A program made the translations under genes and the position numbers. Shown here one piece after another: positions 40,102 through 48,157 of a DNA stretch of 64,000 nucleotides; within the stretch, counting starts at the first letter, position 1; each line of letters starts with the position of its first letter. The stretch covers positions 145,824-209,823 of the forward strand of contig CAVSNY010000002.1 in assembly GCA_963729605.1 (NCBI GenBank), read 5' to 3'. The DNA is from an uncultured Gammaproteobacteria bacterium (lineage in GTDB: Bacteria; Pseudomonadota; Gammaproteobacteria; DRLM01). Under the pieces are notes generated by a model, which did not search any database, was not told the DNA's origin, and saw only the letters and a program-made list of their open reading frames with translations.

Positions 40102-40404
40102 ATGGCTAACGAAACATACGGTATTGCATTGGGCATGATCGAGACGCGCGGCTTGGTGCCGGCGATCGAAGCGGCGGACGCGATGACCAAGGCGGCGGAA
40201 GTGCGTCTGATTGCGCGCGAATTCGTCGGTGGTGGTTACGTGACCGTGCTGGTGCGCGGCGAGACGGGTGCGGTGAACGCGGCGGTACGCGCCGGTGCGG
40301 ACGCGTGCGAGCGCGTGGGTGACGGCCTGGTCGCCGCGCACATCATCGCCCGCCCGCACAAAGAAGTGGAGCCGATGCTGGCCCCGGCTGCCAACGTGAA
40401 GTAA
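40102..40404 (+). CDS. csoS1: carboxysome shell hexamer CsoS1 (BMC-H), copy 1
   Basis: MANETYGIALGMIETRGLVPAIEAADAMTKAAEVRL... is a canonical BMC domain. The ATG at 40102 has better spacing to the aggag than the ATG at 40096. Confidence 0.95.
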   Translation: MANETYGIALGMIETRGLVPAIEAADAMTKAAEVRLIAREFVGGGYVTVLVRGETGAVNAAVRAGADACERVGDGLVAAHIIARPHKEVEPMLAPAANVK

Positions 40405-40438
40405 ATGTTTTTAACTGGTGTTGAGACTGGAGACGACC

Positions 40439-40741
40439 ATGGCTAACGAAACATACGGTATTGCATTGGGCATGATCGAGACGCGCGGCCTGGTGCCGGC
40501 GATCGAAGCGGCGGACGCGATGACCAAGGCGGCGGAAGTGCGTCTGATTGCGCGCGAATTCGTCGGTGGTGGTTACGTGACCGTGCTGGTGCGCGGCGAG
40601 ACGGGTGCGGTGAACGCGGCGGTACGCGCCGGTGCGGACGCGTGCGAGCGCGTGGGTGACGGCCTGGTCGCCGCGCACATCATCGCCCGCCCGCACAAAG
40701 AAGTGGAGCCGATGCTGGCCCCGGCTGCCAACGTGAAGTAA
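40439..40741 (+). CDS. csoS1: carboxysome shell hexamer CsoS1 (BMC-H), copy 2
   Basis: The protein is identical to copy 1. The DNA differs at one synonymous position (40153 t vs 40490 c). Confidence 0.95.
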   Translation: MANETYGIALGMIETRGLVPAIEAADAMTKAAEVRLIAREFVGGGYVTVLVRGETGAVNAAVRAGADACERVGDGLVAAHIIARPHKEVEPMLAPAANVK

Positions 40742-40775
40742 ATGTTTTTAACTGGTGTTGAGACTGGAGACGACC

Positions 40776-41102
40776 ATGGCTAACGAAACATACGGTATTG
40801 CATTGGGCATGATCGAGACGCGCGGCCTGGTGCCGGCGATCGAAGCGGCGGACGCGATGACCAAGGCGGCGGAAGTGCGTCTGATCGCGCGCGAATTCGT
40901 CGGTGGCGGTTACGTGACCGTGCTGGTGCGCGGCGAGACGGGTGCGGTGAACGCGGCGGTACGTGCCGGCGCGGACGCGTGCGAGCGCGTGGGTGACGGC
41001 CTGGTCGCCGCGCACATCATCGCCCGCCCGCACAAAGAAGTGGAGCCGATTCTGGTGCCGCCCACCAGCGGCGCGAACGGCAACCGTCCGCAACGCAGCT
41101 GA
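40776..41102 (+). CDS. csoS1: carboxysome shell hexamer CsoS1 with a C-terminal extension (CsoS1B-like), copy 3
   Basis: The first ~89 aa are identical to copies 1 and 2, with four synonymous changes. The tail then diverges to ILVPPTSGANGNRPQRS. Confidence 0.95.
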   Translation: MANETYGIALGMIETRGLVPAIEAADAMTKAAEVRLIAREFVGGGYVTVLVRGETGAVNAAVRAGADACERVGDGLVAAHIIARPHKEVEPILVPPTSGANGNRPQRS

Positions 41103-41150
41103 TGCGCGCGCATAGCGGGCGTGCTTGAAGGCATGAGTTGAATCGGGGGC

Positions 41151-41630
41151 GTGACAGCGATGATAAACGCCAATGTCAATCCGCGGGTGTTGGGCTATTT
41201 GGGCCGCGCATTGAGTCATGAATTGTCTGCGGTGCAGCAGTACCTCACGCAATCGAAGTTGGCCGAGGCGTGGGGGCTGCTGGAAGCGGCCGGGCGCTTG
41301 CGCGATGAGGCGGCCGAGGAGATGAGGCATGCCGAACGCATCATCACACGGATGATCGCGCTCGGCGTGGCGCCCAGCGCCTCGCAACTGCGTCCCGCGC
41401 AATTGGGCGCCAATCTCGCCGAGTGTTTGCACAAGAATCATCGCGTCGAGGCGGAGGCCATCGCGCTCTACGAGGATGCGCTGCGTTATTGTCAGCGTAT
41501 CCAGGATCGCGACAACGGGGCCTTTTTCGAAGCGTTGTGGAACGAAGAACTCGCCCATGGCCGGGAAATGGCGCAATGGTTCGCGACGGTGGAGTCGAGT
41601 GCGGCCAGCGGCAGGCGGGCATTTTTCTAG
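41151..41630 (+). CDS. ferritin/bacterioferritin-like protein associated with the carboxysome operon
   Basis: It has two ExxH di-iron motifs (EEMRHAE, EELAHGR) in a four-helix-like sequence. It sits directly after csoS1, as in Halothiobacillus. The start is GTG 41151 or ATG 41160. Confidence 0.75.
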   Translation: MTAMINANVNPRVLGYLGRALSHELSAVQQYLTQSKLAEAWGLLEAAGRLRDEAAEEMRHAERIITRMIALGVAPSASQLRPAQLGANLAECLHKNHRVEAEAIALYEDALRYCQRIQDRDNGAFFEALWNEELAHGREMAQWFATVESSAASGRRAFF

Positions 41631-41641
41631 CGAGGTGCGCG

Positions 41642-41902
41642 ATGAGCGAAACATGGCAAGTGCGTAAACGGCCGGCGCGCCTGGAGGGGCGGGTCGAGTT
41701 CGCGGACTATACCGCGACGCGGGATTTTCTCGATCGCTTGGCGGAGTTGTCCGAGCGCGAGCAGAGCTATCCCAACCTCAGTTTCGGCAGGACGTACGTC
41801 AATATCACGCTCGACTCGCCGGAAGAAGATGATGAGGTGAGTGAGGCGACCTGGCGTATCGCGCGGCTCATCGATGAGCTCGTGGCGGGGACGGGGGGCT
41901 GA
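41642..41902 (+). CDS. pterin-4a-carbinolamine dehydratase-like RuBisCO assembly factor (acRAF)
   Basis: An 86-aa product from ATG 41642 (MSETWQVRKRPARLEGRVEFADYTATRDFLDRLAELSEREQSYPNLSFGRTYVNITL). The PCD-like fold signature and position match acRAF in alpha-carboxysome loci. Confidence 0.75.
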   Translation: MSETWQVRKRPARLEGRVEFADYTATRDFLDRLAELSEREQSYPNLSFGRTYVNITLDSPEEDDEVSEATWRIARLIDELVAGTGG

Positions 41903-41907
41903 GCATC

Positions 41908-42549
41908 ATGGCCGGTTCGTCACTGCTCATCGCCATGATGGGAAACAAAGGCGGAACCGGCAAGACCACACTGGCGGTCAATATGGCGGTGGGCCTGATG
42001 CGGCGGGCGCCGTCCGCGTTGCTGGATTTGGATCCGCAACGTTCCGCGTGGCAATGGTCGCGTATCGCCGAACGGGCCGCGCACGCGGCGCATGTCTACG
42101 AATGCCATGGCGATGTGGGCGAGGTCGTGGCGAACCTTAAAGAACGTTATCAGTACGTGGTACTGGATTGCCCGCCTTCGGTGCATGCGCGGGAAACGCG
42201 CGATGCGCTGCGTCTTTGCGATCACGCATTGGTGCCGGTGCAGCCTTCGCCGATGGACTTATGGGCTACCCTGAGCGTGGTGGAAGCGGTGAGTGCCGCG
42301 CAGCGCGAGCACCCTCGCCTCAAGGCGCGCATCGTGCTCAATCAATTGGAGGCGCAAACCGTATTGTCGCGCGATATCCGCGCGGTGATCGACGAGGTGG
42401 GTCTGGCCGTGCTGAGCGCTGACGTGAGGCGGCGCGCGATTTATCGCAATGCCATGGCGGAAGGCAAGACTGTGTTCGATATGGGTGGCGCCGGCCGCGA
42501 GGCGGCGATGGAAATAGAGCGTTTACTGACGGAGGTCATAGCAGCATGA
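41908..42549 (+). CDS. mcdA: ParA-type ATPase McdA (carboxysome positioning)
   Basis: 213 aa with the deviant Walker A GNKGGTGKTT. It sits in the carboxysome accessory operon followed by a small disordered partner. Confidence 0.8.
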   Translation: MAGSSLLIAMMGNKGGTGKTTLAVNMAVGLMRRAPSALLDLDPQRSAWQWSRIAERAAHAAHVYECHGDVGEVVANLKERYQYVVLDCPPSVHARETRDALRLCDHALVPVQPSPMDLWATLSVVEAVSAAQREHPRLKARIVLNQLEAQTVLSRDIRAVIDEVGLAVLSADVRRRAIYRNAMAEGKTVFDMGGAGREAAMEIERLLTEVIAA

Positions 42550-42800
42550 GCAAGAGCGATAAGACCAGCCAGAAATTACTGGACTCGATACGCAAGACCA
42601 AGGCGTCGGCCGACACCCCGATGAATGCATCGCCGGATGCCGCGCCTGTCTCTGCGCCGGCGCCTGTTTTGAATGCGGCTGCCAAACAACCACCCGCGGA
42701 ACAACGCTCCGCCGCGCAAGGCCAACAGCCACAGCCATCACAGCAACCTGCTGAGGAGCCGCGGCGCATCTTCAGCAGTCGGCGCGTATGGCCTGACTGA
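42546..42800 (+). CDS. mcdB: McdB-like disordered partner protein
   Basis: 84 aa of low-complexity sequence rich in A, P and Q, with a basic N-terminus and a C-terminal RRVWPD containing a Trp. It has a 4-nt ATGA overlap with mcdA. Confidence 0.65.
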   Translation: MSKSDKTSQKLLDSIRKTKASADTPMNASPDAAPVSAPAPVLNAAAKQPPAEQRSAAQGQQPQPSQQPAEEPRRIFSSRRVWPD

Positions 42801-43086
42801 CCACGGCGCCGTGATGCCAGCGCGGAACGCGGCCAGAGATGTGCCGCGTCGGCTGATCCCATCTGAGGTGAACACAATGAACTAGCGGATGCGGTGGCAG
42901 CGCCATCGAAAGCCGCTGATCACCGCGCGAAATCGGGGATGTAATGACTGAGGGCTGAAATATTCAATGCTCCTTGCCTTGCTTCCGGCCAGTGGCAGGC
43001 TAGCGCCGGCACTTTGTCTCCCGTCGTAGAGAATTGAGGATCCCTGCCGTGAAGTGTTTGCTTAATAGTCAGGATAGTGGTCGCAT

Positions 43087-44109
43087 ATGTTGAGCAATTT
43101 ACTCATTCCGGCGGTGTTGTTTTTTGCCTTGGGTTTTTTGGCCAGGGTTATCAAATCGGATTTGCGTTTTCCAGCTGATTTGGCCAAGGCGCTTTCGATT
43201 TATTTGTTAGTCGCGATTGGCTTGCACGGCGGTTACGAGCTCGGCAAATCCGACCTGTTCACCGCGATCAATTCGGTGATTTGGGCGTTGGTGCTGGGCT
43301 TCGGCTTGCCACTGATCGGCTATGCCATCTTGGTATTTTCGAAGAAAGTCGATGCGATGAATGCGGCGGCGATCGCCGCCCACTATGGCTCGGTGAGCGC
43401 GGGCACGTTTCTCACCGCAGTGGCTTATCTCGATAGCTTGCACATCCCCTACAACTCTTATCCGGTCATCATGCTCGCCGTCATGGAGTCGCCGGCTATC
43501 GTCGTTGGTTTGCTGCTGGCCGCGTGGTCACGGCGTCGCTTGGCGGCGAAGCAAGGCACTCCGGCGATCACCGCCGCCAGCGCCGACGGCAATAGCAATG
43601 GTGATGAGCGTGGCCAATTGACGCATATACTGCGTGATGCCTTCACTAACGGCAGTGTCGTGTTGCTGATCGGTTCGATGATCATCGGTGCGGTGGCGGC
43701 GCCGCAGTCCATGGCAAAAATAAAGCCCTTCATCGAAGAGATTTTCATGGGCGTGTTGTGCTTGTTTCTGTTGGAGATGGGCATGGAAGCGGCGCGCCGG
43801 ATCGGCGATTTCCGCCGCGTCGGCTTGGCCCTGGTGGCATTCGGCGTGGCGATGCCCCTGTTGGGGGGGGCGATAGGCATCTTCGTCGGGCACTCGATCC
43901 TTGGCTTCGACGTCGGCGGCACCGTGCTGGTCGCGGTGCTGGGGGCGTCGGCGTCGTACATCGCCGTGCCGCCCGCCATGCGGCTGGCCGTGCCCGAAGC
44001 GAATCCGTCACTGTATTTGACGCTGTCGCTCGGCGTAACTTTTCCATTCAATGTCGTGTTCGGGATTCCTCTCTACCATACCCTCACCGATATGTTGATC
44101 GGAGCATGA
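43087..44109 (+). CDS. sbtA: SbtA-family (Sbt_1) putative bicarbonate transporter
   Basis: 340-aa polytopic protein. The blocks LLEMGMEAARRIGDFRRV and SASYIAVPPAMRLAVPEANPSLYLTLSLG align with cyanobacterial SbtA (LIMGMEAWSRIGELRKV; SSSDISGPPTLRAGIPSANPSAY). Confidence 0.8.
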   Translation: MLSNLLIPAVLFFALGFLARVIKSDLRFPADLAKALSIYLLVAIGLHGGYELGKSDLFTAINSVIWALVLGFGLPLIGYAILVFSKKVDAMNAAAIAAHYGSVSAGTFLTAVAYLDSLHIPYNSYPVIMLAVMESPAIVVGLLLAAWSRRRLAAKQGTPAITAASADGNSNGDERGQLTHILRDAFTNGSVVLLIGSMIIGAVAAPQSMAKIKPFIEEIFMGVLCLFLLEMGMEAARRIGDFRRVGLALVAFGVAMPLLGGAIGIFVGHSILGFDVGGTVLVAVLGASASYIAVPPAMRLAVPEANPSLYLTLSLGVTFPFNVVFGIPLYHTLTDMLIGA

Positions 44110-44133
44110 GCGAAACTATGACGGGGGAACGTT

Positions 44134-44442
44134 ATGCATAGGCTGCATCCAGAGAAACAGATCACGGTGATCACCTCCGACGTGCTGGAGGATCGCCTCG
44201 TCAAGCTCATCAAGCAGCGCGGCGCACGGGGTTATACGGTGTTCCGTGCTTATGGCGCCGGCACCTCCGGCGAGCAGTCGGGCATGCTGGACGTCGACAC
44301 CAACATCGTTATGCACGTGATCGTTCCTTCGGCCAAATTGAGCACGCTGCTTGACGGTTTGGAAAACTTGGGGCGCAAGGGTCATCACTTGACGGTGACG
44401 GTCGCCGACGTGTCGGTGTTATGGCCGGAAAAGTTCGAGTAG
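44134..44442 (+). CDS. sbtB: P-II-like protein, SbtB-like
   Basis: 102 aa with a beta-alpha-beta pattern and a Gly-rich T-loop-like segment (YGAGTSGEQSG). It starts 24 nt downstream of sbtA. Confidence 0.7.
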   Translation: MHRLHPEKQITVITSDVLEDRLVKLIKQRGARGYTVFRAYGAGTSGEQSGMLDVDTNIVMHVIVPSAKLSTLLDGLENLGRKGHHLTVTVADVSVLWPEKFE

Positions 44443-44470
44443 CGATCTTGAGCGGCGAGAGGGCGAGCTA

Positions 44471-45592
44471 ATGGCTTTGGTGGATATGCGCGACATGTTG
44501 CGCCATGCCTACGAGCATGGTTACGCCGTGGCCGCCTTTGAAATCGTGAGCCTCGACGTACTCGCGGCGGTGCTGGACGCGGCCGAGCGTTGCCGCGCTC
44601 CGGCGCTGATCATCGTCGGCGATGACGACGATGCCCCGTGTGACCTGGAGGTGTTGATGCCGGCGGCGGAAACCGCCGCGCGGCGCGCGTCGGTGCCGGT
44701 GGCCATTCAATACGCACCGGTGAATTCGCTCGATGACGTCTACCGGGCGATGGCATTGGGATGCAACGGCATCGCGATGTCACGCCGTCGCGAGACATTT
44801 CCCGAGGCGATCAAAAAGACCCGCGAAATCGTCGACTGGGCCCACGGCTGCGGTATGCCAGTGGAGGCGGGTTGGTTGTCCGCGCCGCCTATGCTTGCAG
44901 CGGACGAGGCGCATGCTGAAGAAGAGGAGGCGTGGCCTACGCCGAGCGAAGCGGCGGCCTTCGTGCAACGCGCGGGCGTGGATTTTTTTGCGCTCGACGA
45001 TCCGCGCAGCGTAAAGACCAAGATCGATTTCCCGCGTCTCAAATTGATCGGCGCCGCGGTGCGCACGCCGCTGGTGCTGTACGGCGCCGGCGCATTGAGC
45101 GAAGACCAAATCAGGCGGGCGATTTTCAAAGGCGTCGCCAAGATCAGCGTCGATCCGGCCACGCTGCAGGGCCGCGACACATCCTCGCGCACGTCCGCGG
45201 CCCGCGCGCGCAGAGCCGCCATGGGGGCCGAAGCGGAGCGGCACATGCGTTTGTACGGTAGCGCCGGCCGTGCCGCGGAAGTGCTGAGCCGCTGCGCAGC
45301 GTGGACGGTGGTGCAGCAGGTCTGGCTCTGCGGTGGCGATTCGGTCGATGAACGCGCGTTTGCGGGTTTGATGGACGAATGCCGGCGCCTCGTCGGCACC
45401 ACCCCCGGCGTGCGTGGCGTTTTCGCCGGCCGCGCCTCGGCCGAGCAGGAAAGATATCGCTATTGCATCGTGTTCCGGCTGTCGCATCCCGACGCCGTGA
45501 AACACGCGCACGACGCGCTGTCGACGGTGCGCCGCAGCTTCAGCGAACGTTGTCTCGCGGTGGATGTGCCGGCGCTGGAGATTGTGGCGTAG
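44471..45592 (+). CDS. class II (Zn) fructose/tagatose-bisphosphate aldolase-like protein lacking the metal-ligand histidines, with an extra C-terminal alpha+beta (Dabb-like?) domain
   Basis: The N-terminal ~245 aa align with GatY/CbbA-type aldolases (MLRHAYEHGYAVAAFEI; PLVLYGAGALSEDQIRRAIFKGVAKISVD). However, HLDH is QYAP, EAELG is EAGWL, GTAHG is DDPRS and VLHG is VLYG. The C-terminal ~125 aa is unrelated to aldolase. Confidence 0.7.
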   Translation: MALVDMRDMLRHAYEHGYAVAAFEIVSLDVLAAVLDAAERCRAPALIIVGDDDDAPCDLEVLMPAAETAARRASVPVAIQYAPVNSLDDVYRAMALGCNGIAMSRRRETFPEAIKKTREIVDWAHGCGMPVEAGWLSAPPMLAADEAHAEEEEAWPTPSEAAAFVQRAGVDFFALDDPRSVKTKIDFPRLKLIGAAVRTPLVLYGAGALSEDQIRRAIFKGVAKISVDPATLQGRDTSSRTSAARARRAAMGAEAERHMRLYGSAGRAAEVLSRCAAWTVVQQVWLCGGDSVDERAFAGLMDECRRLVGTTPGVRGVFAGRASAEQERYRYCIVFRLSHPDAVKHAHDALSTVRRSFSERCLAVDVPALEIVA

Positions 45593-45720
45593 GTGTCATT
45601 TGAGAAAGTAGACGCATAGTTCGGAAGAACTATTTGGCGCCATGCGGACGATAGGCGCGACGGCGCTGGTAACAGTCGGTACGGTCTTTGTGCTTTCACT
45701 GGTGCGAGGTGATGTAGTTC

Positions 45721-47397
45721 ATGAACCAGCTCATCGCTTTAATGCCGGCGCTGCCGGTCATCTCGGCGTTGCTGACGCATCTGTTGGCGGCGAGACTCGG
45801 CCGTCGAGTGGCGAGGCTGAGCGTCGTCGCGGCAGGGATCACGTTCGCGCTCACCGTGGTGATGCTCGGCCTGACCGTGGCTGGGCATGGCCCGGGACAG
45901 ATTGCGGCTGCCGGGGATATCGGCGTTTTAATGAGCGACCCCTTGAGCGCGGTGATGGCGGTGCTGATCGCCGGCATCAGCTTCATCGTGCACCTCTATT
46001 CGGTGCGTTATATGGCCGAAGAAGCCGGCTACGCCCGATTCTTCGTGCTGTTGGATCTGATGACGGCGGCGCTGCTGGTCATGGTCGCGGCGGGAGATTT
46101 GATCACGCTGCTGGCGGCCTGGCACATCATCGGCGTCTTGCTCTACTTCCTGCTCGGCCAGGACACCCGCAGCCCGTCGGCCTATCGCTACGCCTTTTGG
46201 ACGTTTTTCACCTATCGCATCGGTGACCTCGCGCTGGTGCTGGCCGCTGCCTTGTTGTATTGGGCCTACGGGACTTGGTCCTTGCCGGAGATCTTCGCGG
46301 GCGTCGAGGCCGACCCCGCCGCCCGCAGCTTTTTCGGCGTGCCGGTGGTCGAAGCGGTCGGCGCGCTGTTGGCGCTGGCGGCCTTTGCGCGCTCGGCGCA
46401 GTTTTTACTGCATACGTGGCTGCCTTACACCATGGCGGGTCCCACCCCGGTGTCGGCGTTGATGCACGCCGGCATCGTCAATGCCGGCGGTTTCTTGATC
46501 AATCGCTTCGCGCCGATCTTCGTGCACAACAGCGACGTATTGCATGCGATCTTTCTGGTGGGCCTGGTCACGGCCGTCATCGGCTCGGTCCTGATGCTCA
46601 CCCAGAACGACATCAAGAAGGCACTGGGCTACTCCACGATGGGGCAGATGGGTTTCATGGTGATGGAGTGCGGACTCGGGGCGTTCTCCCTCGCCATCTT
46701 CCACCTGATCGCCCATGGGATGTTCAAAGGTACGCTGTTTCTCGGCGCCGGCGGCGTGATCGGCGAGGCGCGCAAGGACGACGGCGTGCCGAAGGATCAC
46801 CTCTACACCTTCGTGGTGGAGAAACGCCCGGCCCGGCGCCGGCAACCCTGGCTGTTGATGGCGGCGATCACCTTGGCGGTGCCGGTCGCGGTGCTCGTCG
46901 CGGCGCACTGGATCGTTTCCGACGATTTCTTCCAGAAGCAGGGCGCCATCGTGCTGCTCTTCTTCGGCTGGATGACCGGGGCGCAGCTGCTGTTCGCGAC
47001 CTACCGCATGCGCACCGAGAACGTCGGAAGACTGTTCACGCTGATCCTGTCGTCGTTCGTGGTCATCGTGCTGGGCTACGCCTTGATCAGTCACGCCTTC
47101 GATGTGTTCCTGTATCCAGATCCGGCGTTCCGTGCCCGCATCTACGAAGCCGCCAATGTGGACGTGTTCTGGTTCGATCTGCTCGTGGTGCTGGTCACCA
47201 CCGTGGTCGTGCTCGGTTGGCTGATCACCTACTACTCGGAACAAAGCGGCCGGCGGGACAAGGACGCCGGCCCAGTTTGGATGAGCTTCTACGCCCTGGT
47301 CTCCCGGGAGTTCTATCTCGCGGATGTCTACAGTTGGGCGACGCGCGTAATCCTCGCGGCCGCGGCGAAGGTCAACGTCTGGCTGAGGTGGGCGTGA
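45721..47397 (+). CDS. dabB: DabB, proton-conducting NuoL/MrpD-like membrane subunit of a DAB inorganic-carbon pump
   Basis: 558 aa with the PF00361-type motif HTWLPYTMAGPTPVSALMHAGIVNAGGFL. It is adjacent to a DUF2309 gene. Confidence 0.85.
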   Translation: MNQLIALMPALPVISALLTHLLAARLGRRVARLSVVAAGITFALTVVMLGLTVAGHGPGQIAAAGDIGVLMSDPLSAVMAVLIAGISFIVHLYSVRYMAEEAGYARFFVLLDLMTAALLVMVAAGDLITLLAAWHIIGVLLYFLLGQDTRSPSAYRYAFWTFFTYRIGDLALVLAAALLYWAYGTWSLPEIFAGVEADPAARSFFGVPVVEAVGALLALAAFARSAQFLLHTWLPYTMAGPTPVSALMHAGIVNAGGFLINRFAPIFVHNSDVLHAIFLVGLVTAVIGSVLMLTQNDIKKALGYSTMGQMGFMVMECGLGAFSLAIFHLIAHGMFKGTLFLGAGGVIGEARKDDGVPKDHLYTFVVEKRPARRRQPWLLMAAITLAVPVAVLVAAHWIVSDDFFQKQGAIVLLFFGWMTGAQLLFATYRMRTENVGRLFTLILSSFVVIVLGYALISHAFDVFLYPDPAFRARIYEAANVDVFWFDLLVVLVTTVVVLGWLITYYSEQSGRRDKDAGPVWMSFYALVSREFYLADVYSWATRVILAAAAKVNVWLRWA

Positions 47398-47398
47398 C

Positions 47399-48157
47399 AT
47401 GTCCTCGATGATGTGGCTGTTGTCGGCTTTCTTTCTGCCCCTATTTCCACTCAGCATGGGGTTCAACGCCCTGTTTGCACGGCTCCGCCACCCGCTGCTG
47501 CGGACGGCGATGCTGCTGATATGGCCCCAGATCGGGGTGGTGGCGCTTTCCCTGGTGACCACACCGATACCCGGATGGGTCCTGGCGCTGGCGGTGACGA
47601 CCTCGATACTGTATGGCGTTCGGGCCCTGGCTCTCCGCGAATTGGGCCTGTGGACCAGCTTTCTCGCGACCTCCAGCTGGGCCCTGCTTTGGATATCGGC
47701 CTATGACGGTGCCGACGCCTCGACGTTGCACCTCTACGCCGCGGGTTTCAGTGTGCCGCTGGTGCTGTTGGCGCTGCTGACCGGTGGCTTGGAACGCCGC
47801 TTCGGCGCGGCGTATACGGGGCTCTATGGCGGTCTCGCCCAGGTGCTTCCCCGCTTTTCCGGCGTGTTGGTGTTCGTGGTGCTGGCGGTAATCGCCACGC
47901 CGGTCTTCCCGGCGTTTTTCGCGATGCTGTCGACGATCGTGACCGCGGTGCCAGCCGCCCCCGCGGTCGCCGCCGGCGTCGCCGTGAGCTGGCTGGTGTG
48001 GAGCTGGGCCGGGGCGCGCCTGTTGCAGGGCATGATCGTCGGGCCTGGGTGTGACTGTGAGGTGCGGGACCTGAGCCGCGCCGCCACTTGGGGATACGCC
48101 TCGGTGCTGGTGCTGCTCGCGGTAGCCGGCCTCTCGTGGATGGGGGGACTGTCATGA
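47399..48157 (+). CDS. truncated antiporter-like (NuoM/N C-terminal-like) membrane protein encoded between dabB and dabA
   Basis: 252 aa and polytopic. The segment GGLAQVLPRFSGVLVFVVLAVIATPVFPAFFAML resembles the late TM region of Proton_antipo_M proteins. It starts 1 nt after the dabB stop and overlaps the dabA start by 4 nt. Confidence 0.6.
   Translation: MSSMMWLLSAFFLPLFPLSMGFNALFARLRHPLLRTAMLLIWPQIGVVALSLVTTPIPGWVLALAVTTSILYGVRALALRELGLWTSFLATSSWALLWISAYDGADASTLHLYAAGFSVPLVLLALLTGGLERRFGAAYTGLYGGLAQVLPRFSGVLVFVVLAVIATPVFPAFFAMLSTIVTAVPAAPAVAAGVAVSWLVWSWAGARLLQGMIVGPGCDCEVRDLSRAATWGYASVLVLLAVAGLSWMGGLS

Larger units (their letters stand above)
40102..41043 (+). repeat. tandem triplication with a 337-bp period (csoS1 plus spacer)
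   Basis: The ATGs at 40102, 40439 and 40776 are exactly 337 bp apart. The spacer taaatgtttttaactggtgttgagactggagacgacc is identical before copies 2 and 3. Confidence 0.95.

Noticed and set aside
40096-41102. Regularly spaced 337-bp repeats that might superficially suggest a repeat array
   Set aside because: The units are complete protein-coding BMC genes with ribosome-binding sites. They are not CRISPR or satellite repeats.
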